From an uncultured delta proteobacterium (GTDB lineage Bacteria > Desulfobacterota > Desulfobaccia > Desulfobaccales > 0-14-0-80-60-11), in assembly GCA_963812015.1 (NCBI GenBank), contig CAWETI010000001.1:1-28566 (forward strand): a stretch of DNA of 28,566 nucleotides. Reading direction: 5' to 3'. The notes below the pieces were generated by a model. The model worked only from the letters and a program-made list of their open reading frames with translations. It searched no databases and was not told the origin of the DNA. Both the position numbers and the translations under genes were made by a program. This document shows, piece after piece, positions 26,273-28,566 of this stretch. The number at the start of each line of letters is the position of its first letter. Position 1 is the stretch's first letter.

Positions 26273-26941
26273 ATGCCTTCGTCTTCGCCCAAAGGTCGGG
26301 GATGCATCGCGGCTCAGGGGTATCCCTTAATCCTGGCCGGGGTGGTGCTGACCCTCCTGGGGTTGATGGGGGGCTGGCCCTGGATTACCGTCCTGGGGTT
26401 GTTGAGCGCCGGTTTTTTCGCGTATTTTTTCCGGGACCCGGAGCGGGATATACCCGGGGAGCCGGGGGCAATCATCTCCCCGGCGGACGGCCTGGTGGTC
26501 CAGGTGGACGAAGTGCAGGAGCCGGAGTTCCTCCGGGGGCCGGCCCGGCGGGTGGCCATCTTCATGAACGTCTTTGACGTGCACGTCAACCGGTCGCCGG
26601 TGGCGGGCGTGGTCACGTCGATGCGCCACCGGGCGGGAGAGTACAAAGCGGCGTCTCGCCAGGACGCGGCCAGCCGCAACGAACAGCAGGCCCTGGTGCT
26701 GGAGAGCGATGGGGGGCGGCGCATCCTGGTGGTCCAGATCGCCGGACTCCTGGCCCGGCGGATCATCCCGTTTGTCAAACCCGGACAGCAACTGGCCCGG
26801 GGGGAGCGTGTGGGGATGATTTGTTTCGGCTCACGGGTTGACCTCTACCTGCCGTCCGAGGCTGAGATTTTGGTTAAGGTTGGTGACCGGGTTAAGGCTG
26901 GTAGTAGTATGGTGGCCAGGTGGTGGTCTGACGCCGCCTAA
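26273..26941 (+). CDS. psd: Phosphatidylserine decarboxylase proenzyme
   Basis: FFRDPER, SPADG, IFMNVFDVHVNRSP, QIAGLLARRI and FGSRVD cleavage motif. Confidence 0.96.
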   Translation: MPSSSPKGRGCIAAQGYPLILAGVVLTLLGLMGGWPWITVLGLLSAGFFAYFFRDPERDIPGEPGAIISPADGLVVQVDEVQEPEFLRGPARRVAIFMNVFDVHVNRSPVAGVVTSMRHRAGEYKAASRQDAASRNEQQALVLESDGGRRILVVQIAGLLARRIIPFVKPGQQLARGERVGMICFGSRVDLYLPSEAEILVKVGDRVKAGSSMVARWWSDAA

Positions 26942-27047
26942 AAGGCGGGCTCGGAATAGCTCCACCCTCTGGATAATTATTGAGTAAACCGGACAGATCA
27001 ACGGTGTATATGGGTTTGTACCGGGCAATTTCTCGGGAGTAACAGCC

Positions 27048-27884
27048 ATGGCCTTCCGCAGAAGACGTAAGAAAAGGGACAAGCGCCGCTTTCGGGGCGT
27101 TTACCTGCTTCCCAACCTGATCACCACCGGGAGCCTGTTCGCCGGGTTCTATGCCATTGTGGCCGCCATGGACGGCCGGTTTCATGCCGCGGCCATCGCC
27201 ATCCTGGTTTCCCTGGTCCTGGACGGCTTGGACGGCCGTGTCGCCCGGATGACCAAGAGCACCTCCGATTTCGGGGTGCAATACGATTCTCTGGCGGATC
27301 TGGTGGCCTTCGGCGTGGCGCCGGGAATTCTGGTCTACCTCTGGGCCCTACAGCCCTACCATCAATTCGGCTGGGTGGCGGCCTTCCTCTTTGTGGTTTG
27401 CGGGGCGCTGCGACTGGCCCGGTTCAACGTCCAGCAGGGTGCTTCCGACCCCCGCTATTTCAACGGCCTGCCCATTCCGGCGGCGGCCACCATGATCGCC
27501 ACGGCCATCATCTTCTATTACGAGATCGGGGAGTGGGCCCCGGAGCGCCATGTGTTCATCCTGGCGATGATTTACCTGCTGTCGTTTCTCATGGTGAGCA
27601 ATATCAAGTATGTGAGTTTCAAAAAGATGGACCTCTTCCAGCGGCATCCCTTCCATAGCCTGGTGGCCGTGGTGCTGGTCTTTGTGGTGGTGGCCACCGC
27701 GCCCAATATCATGGGGTTTATGCTCCTGGCGGCTTATGTGGCCTCGGGGCCCATCAGCACCATTATGTATTATCGCCGATCCGCGTTGTCGGATAAGGAC
27801 GAGAGCGAGACCCCGACCTCGAAGCTTGTCAACTCTCAGGGATTGGACCTGGGTCAGGGGGAAGAGGCCAGGAAGCAGGCCTGA
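27048..27884 (+). CDS. pssA: CDP-diacylglycerol--serine O-phosphatidyltransferase
   Basis: LPNLIT, DGLDGRVAR...FGVQYDSLADLVAFGVAP, LRLARFN, FNGLPIP; adjacent to psd. Confidence 0.96.
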   Translation: MAFRRRRKKRDKRRFRGVYLLPNLITTGSLFAGFYAIVAAMDGRFHAAAIAILVSLVLDGLDGRVARMTKSTSDFGVQYDSLADLVAFGVAPGILVYLWALQPYHQFGWVAAFLFVVCGALRLARFNVQQGASDPRYFNGLPIPAAATMIATAIIFYYEIGEWAPERHVFILAMIYLLSFLMVSNIKYVSFKKMDLFQRHPFHSLVAVVLVFVVVATAPNIMGFMLLAAYVASGPISTIMYYRRSALSDKDESETPTSKLVNSQGLDLGQGEEARKQA

Positions 27885-27995
27885 TTGACCGTACCTCCAG
27901 ATCATTTCCCAGCGCTGTTTTCCTCATAGGGATGATTCGCTGTATACCGGGGCATGGCCTCCAGGCCCCGCTCATGCCGAGGGGCATTTACCCAG

Positions 27996-28047
27996 GCAGG
28001 GGCGCACCAAGTGGGCGTCCCCAGGGGGACACACCGGTCTCCCCTGC
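27996..28047. repeat. Degenerate REP doublet (GCAGGGGCGCACC ... GGTCTCCCCTGC)
   Basis: Inverted ends resembling GTAGGGGCG-type REPs, located after pssA. Confidence 0.55.
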
Positions 28048-28082
28048 AAAATTTTATTGAGCGTTCATTGGCACGAGATGGT

Positions 28083-28566
28083 ATGGCAGCAGTGAGGTCT
28101 CTCCTTTTTAGAATTATCGGCGTGCTCTGCGGTTTGGTGGTGGCCCTGGCCATCGCTGAAGGAGCCGTGAGACTCATCAGTCCCCAGGAAGTGGGGCCGG
28201 TGCGGTTCGCCTTCGACCGGGAATTAGGAGAGATTCCCGTGCCCGGCCAACAGGGGAAGAGAAATTTAGCCGGGGTCTTTACCTATACGTATAGTAATAA
28301 TTCTCTGGGGTGGCGCGGCCGCCGGAGATCCGGGAGGCCAAACAGACCGATTACCGGGTACTCGTGCTGGGGGATTCTTTTACCTATGGGATCGGCGTCA
28401 ATGATGACCAGACCTTTGCCGCCCGGGTGGAGAAAGAGTTACGTGGGGACCAGTTGTCCGTGGAAGTGATGAACTCTGGCTGTCCCGGCAAGGGCACCGA
28501 TTATGAGTTGAAGTGTTTCCAAACGGTGGGGCGTAAATTTCATCCCGACCTCACCGTCCTAGGCTT
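28083..28566 (+). CDS. SGNH/GDSL-family hydrolase, membrane-anchored; partial, frameshift near 28323
   Basis: N-terminal TM helix and NSLGWRG; after a 1-nt shift, RVLVLGDSFTYGIGV...EVMNSGCPGKGT...PDLTVLG; runs off the window. Confidence 0.85.

Noticed and set aside
28068..28085. sigma54 promoter (TTGGCACG)
   Set aside because: No TTGC at the required -12 position.

Overview
GC-rich bacterial chromosomal segment. Gene order and protein styles suggest Desulfobacterota (delta-proteobacterial), possibly Desulfobaccia; this is inference. Housekeeping backbone: partial tRNA-Leu(CAG), ribF, tRNA-Gly(CCC), rimP-nusA-infB-DUF503-rbfA-truB-rpsO-pnp-M16 peptidase, and DUF465-ilvB-ilvN-ilvC-psd-pssA. 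Accessory parts: a RelE-type toxin-antitoxin pair between the rimP leader terminator and rimP, a minus-strand J-domain / 2x DUF3108-like / alpha-beta hydrolase / small-protein block, and an orphan pyrR operon with yjbQ and two large hypothetical proteins. The most interesting signals are absent from the ORF track. (i) An apparently leaderless 43-codon Leu/Val-rich leader peptide with an antiterminator/terminator attenuator upstream of ilv. (ii) A candidate sRNA with its own promoter and terminator just upstream, partly complementary to that attenuator. (iii) A frameshift-hidden ~89-aa multi-zinc-finger protein. (iv) A multi-hairpin RNA right after tRNA-Gly. (v) A CTG start for the toxin. (vi) Two sigma28-like promoters. 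(vii) Several distinct REP/STRR-like intergenic repeat families. Single-base deletions cluster at both window ends and are most likely sequencing errors.
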